Notes: generated by a model from the sequence alone, not told the origin. A stretch of 64,000 bases of DNA from Candidatus Krumholzibacteriia bacterium (GCA_050174015.1 JBFXKG010000003.1:128001-192000); one strand, 5' to 3'. Positions 11,801 to 20,684 are shown, counted from the first letter of the stretch. Translations and numbers: made by a program.

Positions 11801-11916
11801 TCGGCGGGGTGCTGATCTCGGCGATCTTCACCCTGTTCGTGGTCCCGGTGGTGTACACCTACCTGGACCGGTTGACGCTGGCCGGGCGCAAGGAGGCATC
11901 GAAGGCCGAGGCCTGA
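8842..11916 (+). CDS. RND efflux permease (AcrB/HAE1 family)
   Basis: 1024 aa; IARPV, YPGAAPGEVE, ASTLTNVVVFTP, GIVVNNAILMLD, PMAVVQIGG. Confidence 0.93.
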   Translation: MDFFRTIIARPVMTTMIVVVLVVMGIYSYSHLITELIPRLNFPVVVVTTVYPGAAPGEVETQITKKIEDQVATLAGIEELTSTSMENMSQVIVQFALETDEDQDAIDVKDKVDAITGDLPEDAEDPIITKFDIAGEAVVELAVSGPRPLPEIFEIVDKTVKERLSRIDGVAEVEIIGTQERQIQVAVHPERLRAYGLTLTDVLGTLAATNLNVPVGHITRSESEINVRMLGEVGDPAELAGFRLNLPGGGTVPLGEVADILDTTEEVREASTWNGNAVITVAVQKRSDGNTITVADGVFASLDAIREAVGPDISIEVVKETASFVRDSRTDVLTNMAIGIALTGMLLFLFLHDWRPTLIAAVAMPVSVVAAFMLMEASGFTLNVMSLMALGISIGTLVTNSIIVLENISRLVGEGVEPKEAAARGTGEIAVAVLASTLTNVVVFTPIAFMSGLIGQFFRQFGLTVVYATLFSLVVSFTLVPMLAARMIRPGSGLGHGRDLLSRSIQAWERLYGKLERDYRTSLAWCLRWRRVTLLGTVAVFMLAMTLFGRIGGGFIPLVDSAKIQVSLELPAGTNLERTREVAGRLADDLRNLPEVAGVLVKVGGQQRGIEDADIFVRLVDKSERDATLLGVMNAIRPRLAGIPDAKVAVYPLGGGSYVEADLVLEVLGNDSEDVKTAGEMVYRVVRDVPGLVEVQSSDEPGKPEIKVVPRREQLADRGLMTRSVGGILRTAYEGQDAGVYRENGEEYDVVVKYAAENRGDPDYLPDLPVLTPAGATVPLAEVADLVPSVGEPTILHSEKQRVVNISANIATGSLSQNRRAIDAGVAELEIPDGVVVKYGGDAEMQDESFAAIFEALILAIVLIYIVMAALLESFIHPITVMVTLPLSLIGMAVSLFWSGEDINIMSLMALVMMVGIVVNNAILMLDYVGQLRARGMGIREALLEGCPTKLRAIVMANLAIAIGMIPQLVGAGAGSEFRAPMAVVQIGGVLISAIFTLFVVPVVYTYLDRLTLAGRKEASKAEA

Positions 11917-11927
11917 CCCGGCAGCCG

Positions 11928-11956
11928 GGGGCGGCGGATCTCCCTCCCGCCGCCCC
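11928..11956. terminator. GC hairpin between convergent genes (possible terminator)
   Basis: GGGGCGGCGG-N9-CCGCCGCCCC; no U tract. Confidence 0.45.
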
Positions 11957-11967
11957 GCCGCCCCGCA

Positions 11968-14900
11968 TCAGCGCGCGAGCATGATCTTCCTGACCTGGGT
12001 TTCCCCGGCGAACCTGAGCCGCACGAAGTAGACCCCCGAGGCTGCTGAACGGCCCCGGTCGTCGCGCCCCCGCCAGGTGACCTGTCCGTCTCCCGCGGTC
12101 CGGACCTCGTCCAGGACGACGCCCACCAGACGACCTCCCATGTCGAACACCTCGATCCGCACCCTGCCGTCGCGGGGCAGGGCGTAATGGATGACGGTGG
12201 CCGGATTGAAGGGATTGGGAACGTTGGGAAGAAGGGCCAGCCGACCGGGGATTCCGGCATCAGGTTCGCCGACCGCCGAAACCACACAGCCCTCGCCCAA
12301 GGCGCCGATCAGCTGGCCACATTCGGATTTGCCCGGCAGGCAGGGCGAGATCCCGCCGAGGGTGAAGTCGTCGTCGTACACGTCGCAGAACACGGGGTCG
12401 GCGTGGATGTTGTCGCCAGACCCGGCCTGGGCGGCGATCGGCCCGGTGTAGTCGCCGCCCACGTTCCCGAAGACGTCGCAGCACAGCAGGTTGAAGGTCG
12501 CCGTGCCGTCGCTGGTCACGGCCGCTCCCTGGAAGCTGAAGGACAGGATGCAGCGGATCACGCTGTGGACCGAGCTGCTGCGCCCGTGCAGGACCGCACC
12601 GTCCGCGGAGCTGTTGCCGTGGAAGGTGCACTGGAAGTACGCCGGGGTGGACCCGTCCCGGGAATAGGAAGCGCCGCCCTGGGGAGCGGAATTTCCGGTG
12701 AACAGACAGCGGGTGAAGTTCGGCGCGCTGGCCGAGTACCGGTTGTGGACGCCGCCGCCCCAGTGGTCCGACGTGTTGTCGGCGAATGAGCAATCGATGA
12801 GATTGGGCGCCGCGTACTGGTTGTAGAGGCCGCCGCCGCCCCAGAAGGCCGAGTTGCCGCGGAACTCGCAGCGGACCAGCTGGGGATAGGCGGTGTTGAC
12901 GTACATTCCGCCGCCGGCGTTGGCGGCCGCATTGTCCAGGAAGCGGCAGTCCTCGAAGGTGGGAGTCGCGCCGCCGCCCAGGATCACCCCTGCGCCGCTG
13001 TCGGTGGCGGTGTTGTCCCGGAAGACCACGCCGCGAAGGGTGGGGCCGGCTGCGTCGATCCGGCAACCGCCGCCGGTGCCCTTGTACCCGCCGCGGATGG
13101 TGACGTTCTCCAGGATGGAGGCCGCCGTCTCCCCGCTGGTGAAGGAGATTCCCTGATGGAGGCCGGTGGACGTGCCCTGGGCGTCGATGACGCAGAGGTC
13201 GGCGTCGCCGCTCTGGCTGCGAACGGTGATGGCCTTGCCCGCGAAGCTGAGGTCGCGGTTGCCGGGGCCGGTGTAGGTCCCGTCGGCGAGGACCACGGTC
13301 TCCCCCGGTGCGGCCGCGTCGATGGCCTGCTGGATGGTGGCGAAATCCCCGGTCCCATCGGGCCTGACCAGCCACGATCCGCTGCAGCCCACCGGAAATG
13401 CCCCGATCTGCCCGCATCCCGTGTTGTTGACCACCGCGCAGGGGGAATCCCCCCTCAGGGTCAGGTCCTCGTTCAGGTGATTGCAGAACAAGGGGTCCTG
13501 GTTGAGGTTGCCGTTGACGCCGAACTGGTCGGAGATCATGGCCGTCCAGTCGCCTCCGGCGTTGCCGTGGACGTCGCAGCAGGTCAGGGTGGCGGTGCTC
13601 TCGGCATCGTAGCGGACGAAGGCCGCGCCGTTGATCCCGAAGGCCAGGATGCAGCGGTCGAAGGTGGGATCGGAGTTGTTCCTCAGGTAGACCTGGGCGC
13701 CGTTGGCGGCGGTGTTGTCGCTGAAGGTGCAGGACGTGAACGCGCAGCGCGCGTTGCCGTATCCGTAATACCCCCCCCCGTTGGTCGCGCTGTTCTGGAA
13801 GAACAGGGTGTTCCTCACCGGACCGTAGGCGTAGACGAATCCCAGCCCGCCCCCGTTGGTCCCCTCGTTGCCCCGGAAGGTGCAGGCGTCGATCTCGGGG
13901 AAGCAGTTCACGGCGAAGTAGGCGCCGGCGCCGACGTCGCCCGTCAGGTTCCCCAGGAAGGTGGTCCCCGTGATGGTCGGCGACGACCAGGTGGCGGCAT
14001 GGAGTCCCCCGCCGTCGTCGGCCGCTGAATTGTTTTCGAGGAGACAGTCGGTGATGATCGGCGAGGCGTAGTTCACCAGATGAATGCCCCCCCCGTCGTC
14101 GGTGGCGTTGCAGTCGGCGACGTAGAGGTTGTCCAGGGTGGGGGAGGCCCCGTCGCAGGCGATCCCGGCCCCGGTGGCCGCCGCCCCGTTGAAGACCCCG
14201 ATGCCGGTGATGACCGTGTCGTGGCCCTCCCCGTTGCGCAGGTAGAACCCGCGGTAGGCGTTCTGGGCGTCGATCCGGCAGGCGTAGGGGTTCCCGCTCG
14301 CCGAGCGGATGATGACGGCCAGGCCCAGGGGATTGACGTCCCGGTTGCCGGTGCCGGTGTAGACCCCGTCGGCCAGCTCGACGACGTCGCCGTCCACGCA
14401 GTTGTTCAGAGCGTGCTGGATGGTCAGGTATTCCCCGGTGGCGTCCGCCTTGACGTGCCGGACGGTTCCCCCCATGGGGCCGCAGGTCGCCGGCAGCGCG
14501 CCGATGAGCCCGCAACCCGCATTCATCTCCTCGGCACAGGGCGAGTTCGAGGCCAGATGGTAGTCGTCGGTTCCGGCGCTGCAGAAGAGGGGATCCTGGC
14601 TGAAGTTGCCGGCCGTCCCGAGCTGGGAGGCGATGTCGCCGGTCCAGTCCCCGCCGCCGTTGCCCCAGATGTCGCAGCAGCTGAGGGTGAGCCTCGGGGT
14701 TCCCAGCATCCCGTCGCAGACGACGGCTCCGTAATAGCCGTAGTTCCCGGCGATCAGGGTGTTCACCAGGAACGGCCCGATGTTCCCGGCGGCGTAGACG
14801 GCGTCCCCGAATTCGGCTCCGTTGCCGGCCAGGGTGCAGCCCTGGACGGAGGGGTGGAAGAAGTCGTGGAGCGAGCTGAAGACGATGGCCCCGCCTTCGT

Positions 14901-17010
14901 GGGCGTAGCAGTCGCGGATCACGCAGTTGCGGATGGTCGGCTCGGCGTCGCCGATGAGGATGGCGCCGCCCGAACCGGTCTCCTGGCGGCCGCTCGTGAT
15001 GGTCAGGCCGTCGATGACGGCCGCGCTGGTTTCCCCGGACGTGAACCGGAATCCCCGGCGCGGATTCTCGGGGTCGCCCTGGCAGTCGAGGACGACCTCG
15101 CCGTCGCCATAGGCCTCCAGGGTCAGGTCCTTGCCGTGGAAGTCGAGATCCCGGTTGCCGCTCCCGGTGTACGTGCCGGCGCGGACGCGGACCGTCCCGC
15201 CCTCGGCCACCGCGTCGATGGCCGCCTGCAGCGTGGGATACTGCGCTGCGGCATCGGGCCAGACGATGACGGTCGGCAGGATCGTCACGGGGCCCTGCAG
15301 GCAGTTGTCGGTCTCGCTGGATTCGGCCTGCAGGCTCGAGGCGTCGGCGCAGGCCTCGACGGTGTAGGCGCCGGGGGCCGGCGGGAAGGGTACGGTCACC
15401 GAGACGACCGAGGAGGCCCCGGCGGCCAGTGCGGGCGTGGCGACGCTGGTCGTGGGCCCTTGGGGCAGGAACTTCATCTGGGTGTGGGTGGCGACGCAGG
15501 CGGCGTTGCCGGCGTTCCTCACGGTCACCGCGAAGGTGATGGGATCGGTGTCCAGGAACGACGTGGGGGTGAAACCGTCCACGACCAGGTTGGGCCCCGT
15601 CACGTACACCGTGAAGCCGAGGCCGTTGTTGGTCAGGGTCACTTCAGTGAGCGAACCGGCGGAGTTGGCCAGGGCCTCGACGTGGTGCTGTCCGTCGCCG
15701 AGGCCGGGCAGGATCCCCTTGACGACCACCGATTGCCCGGGGTTCAGCGCGGGCGTGGGAAGGTGGAGTCGGGTCGCGCCGAAATCGACGTCGTACCGCG
15801 TGGTCGTGGTGTCGGCGGCCGCGCCCCCGACGTTGCCGACCTTGACCCAGATCTCGGTGGCCTGGTTGGCCACCATGGCCGAAGGGCCGGCCTCGAGGAT
15901 CTTCAGGTCGGGCAAGGAGGGCGAGCTGCTCACGGTCAAGGTCTGCATCAGCGCGTTGTTGGTCTCGTCCCCTTCGACCACGGCGTCACCGTAGTCGGCG
16001 AAGGCGTACAGGTCGTGGCTGCCGGCCGTCATGGCGGGCAGGCTGCACCAGGCGACGGCTGATCCGCCCGCAGGGATGGACGGAACGGCGGCCGCCGCGC
16101 AGATCTCCACGTAATCGAGGATGACCTGGGCCACGCACGCGCCCGAGGCGGCGCCGCCCTGGTTCGAAACGTGGACGGTCGCGGTCACCGGGATTCCCGC
16201 GAAGGCGGTCACCGGGTCGATGGCGGTCACCACCAGGTCCGGCTGGTCGGCCGGCGCGGTGTATTCCTCGAACCGGACGGTGTACTGGCCGCCGGCCGCC
16301 GTCACGTCGTCGACGAAGACGGCCAGGGCGTAGTTCGCCGTCACGGCGGCGGCGAAGGACTGCGGCTGCGCGGCTCCCGTGGGGTCGGCGCCCTTCTCCC
16401 AGAGCGCTTCGGCGCGCGTCACCCAGCCGTCCGGCAGGGATCCCGTGCGCAACAGGGCCATCTTCACGTCATCCAGGACGTTGTCCCGGGTGAGGTTGAA
16501 CCGGTAGGTCTTCCCGGCTTCGAGGAAGACGGTGAAGACTCTCAGCATTCCGCACTCGTAGGCGAGCCCGCCATAGGAGAGGGTGGATCCGGAGGGGCCA
16601 GGATTCAGGACGCCCAGGCCCGGCTCCCAGTCCGCCACGTGCGCCAGGTTGCCCGGCGTGGGAGGCGAGGCCTCCATGAAGACCCAGCCGTCCGGTTGCC
16701 CGGCGAAGTTCTTCACGGCGAAGTTCGTCGCCTGGCCCAGCTCCGACAGGACGGGCGGATCGTAGGAGACCAGGGAGGCCGGGTTGGTCCCGGACAGGAC
16801 CTCCAGGTAGACCGAGGTGGTCGGGTTCTGCGGGGCGACGGCCACTCCCATCCAGCGCGGTTCGGTCTGCCACATCTGGTAGGTCGCGGGCAGGACGCTG
16901 TTTCCGACGCAGGCATCGGGTTCGAGCTGGGTGACGGCCAGGACGGCGGTCGGCAGCAAGGGGACGAAAGCCAGCAGGAAGAGCAGAGGCGGACGGATGC
17001 GGTTCGACAT
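11968..17010 (-). CDS. Large secreted/surface protein: signal peptide, 3 CARDB-like Ig repeats, 3 right-handed beta-helix modules, FlgD-Ig/T9SS-like CTD
   Basis: MSNRIRPPLLFLLAF signal after a GGGGGA RBS; PDLVV/PDLKI/PNLVV repeats with E..ETNN-like ends; three TIQ.AID...YTG.GNRD...GG.(F..N)...DPLFC modules; PNPFNP...WRGRDDRGRSAASGVYF tail. Confidence 0.85.
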   Translation of the reverse strand: MSNRIRPPLLFLLAFVPLLPTAVLAVTQLEPDACVGNSVLPATYQMWQTEPRWMGVAVAPQNPTTSVYLEVLSGTNPASLVSYDPPVLSELGQATNFAVKNFAGQPDGWVFMEASPPTPGNLAHVADWEPGLGVLNPGPSGSTLSYGGLAYECGMLRVFTVFLEAGKTYRFNLTRDNVLDDVKMALLRTGSLPDGWVTRAEALWEKGADPTGAAQPQSFAAAVTANYALAVFVDDVTAAGGQYTVRFEEYTAPADQPDLVVTAIDPVTAFAGIPVTATVHVSNQGGAASGACVAQVILDYVEICAAAAVPSIPAGGSAVAWCSLPAMTAGSHDLYAFADYGDAVVEGDETNNALMQTLTVSSSPSLPDLKILEAGPSAMVANQATEIWVKVGNVGGAAADTTTTRYDVDFGATRLHLPTPALNPGQSVVVKGILPGLGDGQHHVEALANSAGSLTEVTLTNNGLGFTVYVTGPNLVVDGFTPTSFLDTDPITFAVTVRNAGNAACVATHTQMKFLPQGPTTSVATPALAAGASSVVSVTVPFPPAPGAYTVEACADASSLQAESSETDNCLQGPVTILPTVIVWPDAAAQYPTLQAAIDAVAEGGTVRVRAGTYTGSGNRDLDFHGKDLTLEAYGDGEVVLDCQGDPENPRRGFRFTSGETSAAVIDGLTITSGRQETGSGGAILIGDAEPTIRNCVIRDCYAHEGGAIVFSSLHDFFHPSVQGCTLAGNGAEFGDAVYAAGNIGPFLVNTLIAGNYGYYGAVVCDGMLGTPRLTLSCCDIWGNGGGDWTGDIASQLGTAGNFSQDPLFCSAGTDDYHLASNSPCAEEMNAGCGLIGALPATCGPMGGTVRHVKADATGEYLTIQHALNNCVDGDVVELADGVYTGTGNRDVNPLGLAVIIRSASGNPYACRIDAQNAYRGFYLRNGEGHDTVITGIGVFNGAAATGAGIACDGASPTLDNLYVADCNATDDGGGIHLVNYASPIITDCLLENNSAADDGGGLHAATWSSPTITGTTFLGNLTGDVGAGAYFAVNCFPEIDACTFRGNEGTNGGGLGFVYAYGPVRNTLFFQNSATNGGGYYGYGNARCAFTSCTFSDNTAANGAQVYLRNNSDPTFDRCILAFGINGAAFVRYDAESTATLTCCDVHGNAGGDWTAMISDQFGVNGNLNQDPLFCNHLNEDLTLRGDSPCAVVNNTGCGQIGAFPVGCSGSWLVRPDGTGDFATIQQAIDAAAPGETVVLADGTYTGPGNRDLSFAGKAITVRSQSGDADLCVIDAQGTSTGLHQGISFTSGETAASILENVTIRGGYKGTGGGCRIDAAGPTLRGVVFRDNTATDSGAGVILGGGATPTFEDCRFLDNAAANAGGGMYVNTAYPQLVRCEFRGNSAFWGGGGLYNQYAAPNLIDCSFADNTSDHWGGGVHNRYSASAPNFTRCLFTGNSAPQGGASYSRDGSTPAYFQCTFHGNSSADGAVLHGRSSSVHSVIRCILSFSFQGAAVTSDGTATFNLLCCDVFGNVGGDYTGPIAAQAGSGDNIHADPVFCDVYDDDFTLGGISPCLPGKSECGQLIGALGEGCVVSAVGEPDAGIPGRLALLPNVPNPFNPATVIHYALPRDGRVRIEVFDMGGRLVGVVLDEVRTAGDGQVTWRGRDDRGRSAASGVYFVRLRFAGETQVRKIMLAR

Positions 17011-17055
17011 GTCGGTTCCCCCCTGGGCGAAGGTCGTTGCGGTCGGCAAGTGATG

Positions 17056-17084
17056 GACGCGCCGGGGGGCGGAAAATCACAGGG
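17056..17084 (-). promoter_or_regulatory. Putative ECF promoter CCCTGTGATTT-N14-CGTC for the large surface protein
   Basis: Same 11-nt element, spacing and CGTC as the copy at 20058-20086 in front of the ECF sigma gene. Confidence 0.7.
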
Positions 17085-17099
17085 GAGGAGAAAATCGCG

Positions 17100-20006
17100 T
17101 CACCTTCTCCGCACGAGGATGGCGCCGAGCAGGAGCAGGGCGGCGCCGCCCAGGGCGAAGGCCGGCAGGCGGAGGGAACGGGGACCGCCGTCCAGCCGCA
17201 GGGATCGACCGCCGTCCCCGGCGACGAAGTAGGCGCCCCACCAGGCGGGATGGGACCAGCGGCCCGAGGTCAGGCAGGTCCGCTGGGCGGCGGCCAGCGC
17301 CTCTTCCGCGGTGGCGCCGGGCAGGGCGTCGTAGAAGGCGTCCATGAAGAAGGCCGCGCCCTCGTCGGGGATGTCCCAGCGGCTGAGAACCACGCTGCGG
17401 CTGCCGGCGCTCAGGAAGGCGTGGCTGAGGCCCAGGAGGCCTTCTCCCGCAGCGGTGCCGCCGTCCCCGCTGCGGCAGCCCGAGACCACGCACAGCCCGG
17501 CGTCCAGGGGCAGGCGGTAGATCTCGCGCGCCTGCAGGTAGCCGTCCTCGCCTGCGCCCGTCCCCAGCACGATGCCGGCGCGGTTGGCATGCAGGGGATC
17601 GGCCAGGGTGTGGGTGGCGAAGTGCAGGAGCTGGAAGCGGCGGAGATCCTCGTCTTTGAGCCGGTCCTCGCCGACATCGGCCAGCAGGACGGCGGCGCGG
17701 TCCAGGCCGACCACTCTTTCCGCCTCGATGACCGCCGCGGGCAGGGCCCCCAGGGCAGCGCCGCCGTCCGGGGACCCGTCGAAGGTGGAACCGGCTACCG
17801 CGAGGATGCCCCGGCCGGCCGGCGGCGGCAGGTCCGCCAGGTCCGCCGCGATGCCGAGCGTCGGGGCCAGGCTGATGAAGGTCGACTCGCAGAGGTAGCG
17901 GCCGTCGGGTCCCCGCAGCGTGGCGAAGGGCAGGTTCCACAGCTCCCCGTCGGGGGACAGGACCAGCCGGACGGGCGGGACGTCCCCGAATTCCGGGCCC
18001 AGCAGCGCGGTGAAAAGGGCTCGGGCGGCGGGGTCCAGCCGGTCGCCCGACCGCGGGTCCGAGGCCAGGTCGCGGTAAAGGGAGCAGCGCTCCATCAAGG
18101 CGGCCGCCCCGGGGACGGCCCGTCGCTTCAGGTCGTCCCCCGACGCCGAGAGGACCAGGAGGGTATCTCCGTTCAACGCGTAGAGAACGGCCAGGGTTCC
18201 CGGAGGCGGAGGCAACGGCGATGCGGTCCGTCGGCCCGGCAGGGCGTTCCGCGGCCGCCACCGGGTCCGGTCGAATTCGATTTCCGCCTCCGTGATCATC
18301 TGCTGCAGCTCCAGGCGTTCGTCGTCCTCGAGGGATTGTTCCCTCAGGCGACGCTGGAAGGCGCTGATCCGGTCGAGGGCGGCCTTTTCCGTGGCGGGGA
18401 TCTCGATGGCGGTTCGATCCTGCAGCAGGCGGAATCCGAGATCCCGCGCCCGGCCCCGCTCGATCACCTGCCAGGCCTCGGCGATCCGGTCCTTCTCCAG
18501 CAACCACGCCGCATAGTCCCGGAAGACGTCCTGGACCTCGGTGAACAGCTGGATCCTGAAGTCGCCGGTGGCGATCAGGGCGTCGAGTTCGTCGACGTCC
18601 TCGAGGGCCGCCCGGAACTCCCGGTCGGCGTCGGCGGTCCGGCCCATCCGAAGGTGCTGCCGGGCGAGCTGGGACCGCCACTGGAACACGTTGGTGCGGG
18701 TGCGGGTGGTCTCGTGCAGGTCGATGGCCCTGGTGAAGGCCGCGGCGGCGGAGTCGGGGCGGCCGGCGGCGGCCAGCACCTGCCCCTCGAGGGCGGCGAT
18801 GAATCCCAGCTGGAAGTCGTTTCCGTTCCTGGTCGCCTCGGTGCGGGCCTCGCCCAGACGGGTCAAGCCGGACAGGGTGTCACCCTCGGCGAAATCCAGG
18901 ATGGCCAGATTCTTGAGGGGAGGAGCGATGAGATCGGGATCGCCGATGGTCCGGGCGGCGGTCAGCGCCTGGTTCAGAAAGATTCTGGCGGAATCGGGCC
19001 GGCCCTCGGCCTGGGCCAGGCGTCCCAGGGCGGTGAGATCCCGGATCTCGCCCCGCCCGTCGCCGGTCCGCCGGGCGATGGCCGCGGCCTGCCGGTGGGA
19101 TGCGGCGGCCTCCCAGGCTTCCCCGAAGTATTCCTGGATCGAAGCCAGGTTGCCGAGCTGGACGCCGATTCCCCGCAGATAGCCGTTGCGGCGGTGCAGG
19201 TCCAGGGAACGGCGATAGCAGTCGAGGGCCGCCTCCAGGTCCCTCCGGTCGAGATAGGCGTTTCCCATGTTGCCGAGCACGACGGCGACGCCATGGGAAT
19301 TGCCGGCGTTCTCCAGCTCTGCCAGGGCCTCGGTGAAGTGATCCAGGGCCTCCAGGCAGTATCCCTGGTGCAGATGGATCAATCCCAGGTTCTGGTTCGC
19401 CGAGGCCAGCGCGGGACCATCCCCGGATTCGCGGGCGATGGCGATGGAGCGCTCGAAGGCGAGGGATGCCTCCTCGTACCGGCCCAGGTTCCACAGGGCC
19501 ACGCCGGTGGCGTTGGCGGTGTTCATGATCAGCTTCGGATCACCGGCCCGCTCGGCGAACCCGCGGCCGACCTCCAGCAGCTCGATCATCCTGCCGGGCT
19601 CGGTGCGTTCGTAGTAGTAGGCCATGCTGTAATAGGTGCGGCCGATCCCTTCCAGATCAGATATGGATTCGTACAGGGAAAGGGCCCGTTCCAGGGGGGC
19701 CAGGGTTTCCTCGCGTCGTCCGAGGTAGTAGAGGGAGTCGGAGACCCGCAGCTCGGCGGTGGCCTGCGAGCGGACGTCGCCCGCTGCTGCGAAATCAAGA
19801 ACCGCAGTTTCGGCGGCGGCCAGGGCTCCGGCGAAGTCCCCCGAGGTCATCAGGGCGTCGATCCGGGCCAGGGCCTCGGGTTCGGCGGCGAATCCGGAAC
19901 CGCCAAGGCCGGCGACCAGGAGGGCGGCGGCCAGCAGGGAGGCAGCGAAAACGGCGCTGAGGAGGCGCAGTTCGCATACCCTGGGAATTCCGGGATCGCG
20001 CTTCAT
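17100..20006 (-). CDS. TPR-CHAT (caspase-HetF-associated) cysteine protease with N-terminal signal/TM and C-terminal membrane anchor
   Basis: TPR repeats (NLGLIH, GNMGNAY); CHAT motifs LSPDGELWNLPFATL, LHFATH (His), VSGC (Cys), SRWDIPD, HPAWWGAY; tail LGGAALLLLGAILVRRR. Confidence 0.9.
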   Translation of the reverse strand: MKRDPGIPRVCELRLLSAVFAASLLAAALLVAGLGGSGFAAEPEALARIDALMTSGDFAGALAAAETAVLDFAAAGDVRSQATAELRVSDSLYYLGRREETLAPLERALSLYESISDLEGIGRTYYSMAYYYERTEPGRMIELLEVGRGFAERAGDPKLIMNTANATGVALWNLGRYEEASLAFERSIAIARESGDGPALASANQNLGLIHLHQGYCLEALDHFTEALAELENAGNSHGVAVVLGNMGNAYLDRRDLEAALDCYRRSLDLHRRNGYLRGIGVQLGNLASIQEYFGEAWEAAASHRQAAAIARRTGDGRGEIRDLTALGRLAQAEGRPDSARIFLNQALTAARTIGDPDLIAPPLKNLAILDFAEGDTLSGLTRLGEARTEATRNGNDFQLGFIAALEGQVLAAAGRPDSAAAAFTRAIDLHETTRTRTNVFQWRSQLARQHLRMGRTADADREFRAALEDVDELDALIATGDFRIQLFTEVQDVFRDYAAWLLEKDRIAEAWQVIERGRARDLGFRLLQDRTAIEIPATEKAALDRISAFQRRLREQSLEDDERLELQQMITEAEIEFDRTRWRPRNALPGRRTASPLPPPPGTLAVLYALNGDTLLVLSASGDDLKRRAVPGAAALMERCSLYRDLASDPRSGDRLDPAARALFTALLGPEFGDVPPVRLVLSPDGELWNLPFATLRGPDGRYLCESTFISLAPTLGIAADLADLPPPAGRGILAVAGSTFDGSPDGGAALGALPAAVIEAERVVGLDRAAVLLADVGEDRLKDEDLRRFQLLHFATHTLADPLHANRAGIVLGTGAGEDGYLQAREIYRLPLDAGLCVVSGCRSGDGGTAAGEGLLGLSHAFLSAGSRSVVLSRWDIPDEGAAFFMDAFYDALPGATAEEALAAAQRTCLTSGRWSHPAWWGAYFVAGDGGRSLRLDGGPRSLRLPAFALGGAALLLLGAILVRRR

Positions 20007-20012
20007 GATTCC

Positions 20013-20021
20013 ATTGTATCA
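20013..20021 (-). promoter_or_regulatory. Extended -10 (TGaTACAAT), likely leaderless promoter of the CHAT gene
   Basis: TACAAT lies 6 nt before ATG 20006; no Shine-Dalgarno in between. Confidence 0.5.
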
Positions 20022-20057
20022 AGAAGACGGCGTGGTATTCTCCGGAAAATCCCACGG

Positions 20058-20086
20058 CCCTGTGATTTCTTCCCCCATGAGGCGTC
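20058..20086 (+). promoter_or_regulatory. Putative ECF autoregulatory motif CCCTGTGATTT-N14-CGTC
   Basis: Matches the 17056-17084 copy; lies immediately before the ECF GTG at 20088. Confidence 0.65.
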
Positions 20087-20087
20087 T

Positions 20088-20684
20088 GTGACCAGGGAAC
20101 CGGAATCCGTCAACCTGAGCGACGAGGAGCTGGTGGCGCGTTGGCGGGCGGCCGGCCCGGGAAGCTGTCCTCCCGCAGCGTCCGAGCTGCTGGGACGCTA
20201 CCGGATGCGGATCTACCGCTGGTGCCGCGCCTACGTCCGGGACCACGACCTGGCCCTGGATCTGGCCCAGGACGTGCTGCTGAGGGTGTTCCAGAACATC
20301 GGGACCCTGAACGGGCGGTTCGGCCCCTGGGTCTTCACCGTGGTGCGCAACCGGTGCATCGCGGAGATCCGGCGGCAGCAGGTGCGCGGGGGCGAGCAGG
20401 TCGATCCCGATACCCTGCCCCAGGCCGGGCCCGATCCCGAGGAAGCCTGGCTGGAGCAGCTCGCCGAGGACCGGTTCCTGGAGCTGCTGGACCGGGCGCT
20501 CGATCCGGTCGAGCAGGAAGCGATCAGCCTGCGCTGCTTCGAGAAGATGCCCGTGGATCTGATCACCCGCGTGCTGGGGATCACCGCGGCGTCGGGGGCC
20601 CGGGGCGTCCTGCAGTCGGCCCGCAGGAAGCTGAAGGCGGCGCTCGAGGCCGAAGGGAAGGATGAAGGAGAGGGATCGCGATGA
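20088..20684 (+). CDS. ECF RNA polymerase sigma factor
   Basis: LSDEELV; region 2 DLAQDVLLRVFQ...FGPWVFTVVRNRC; region 4 ...VLQSARRKL; GAGG before GTG (start approximate). Confidence 0.88.
   Translation: MTREPESVNLSDEELVARWRAAGPGSCPPAASELLGRYRMRIYRWCRAYVRDHDLALDLAQDVLLRVFQNIGTLNGRFGPWVFTVVRNRCIAEIRRQQVRGGEQVDPDTLPQAGPDPEEAWLEQLAEDRFLELLDRALDPVEQEAISLRCFEKMPVDLITRVLGITAASGARGVLQSARRKLKAALEAEGKDEGEGSR

Noticed and set aside
20026..20054. Third TGTGATTT-like motif (TGGGATTT) on the minus strand toward the CHAT gene
   Set aside because: Mismatched -35, and CGTC lies at 17 rather than 14 nt; the extended -10 explains this gene better
17037..20087. 1215-aa + strand ORF apparently extending the ECF sigma at its N-terminus
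   Set aside because: The upstream part is the antisense shadow of the CHAT gene in GC-rich DNA; sigma similarity starts only near 20088
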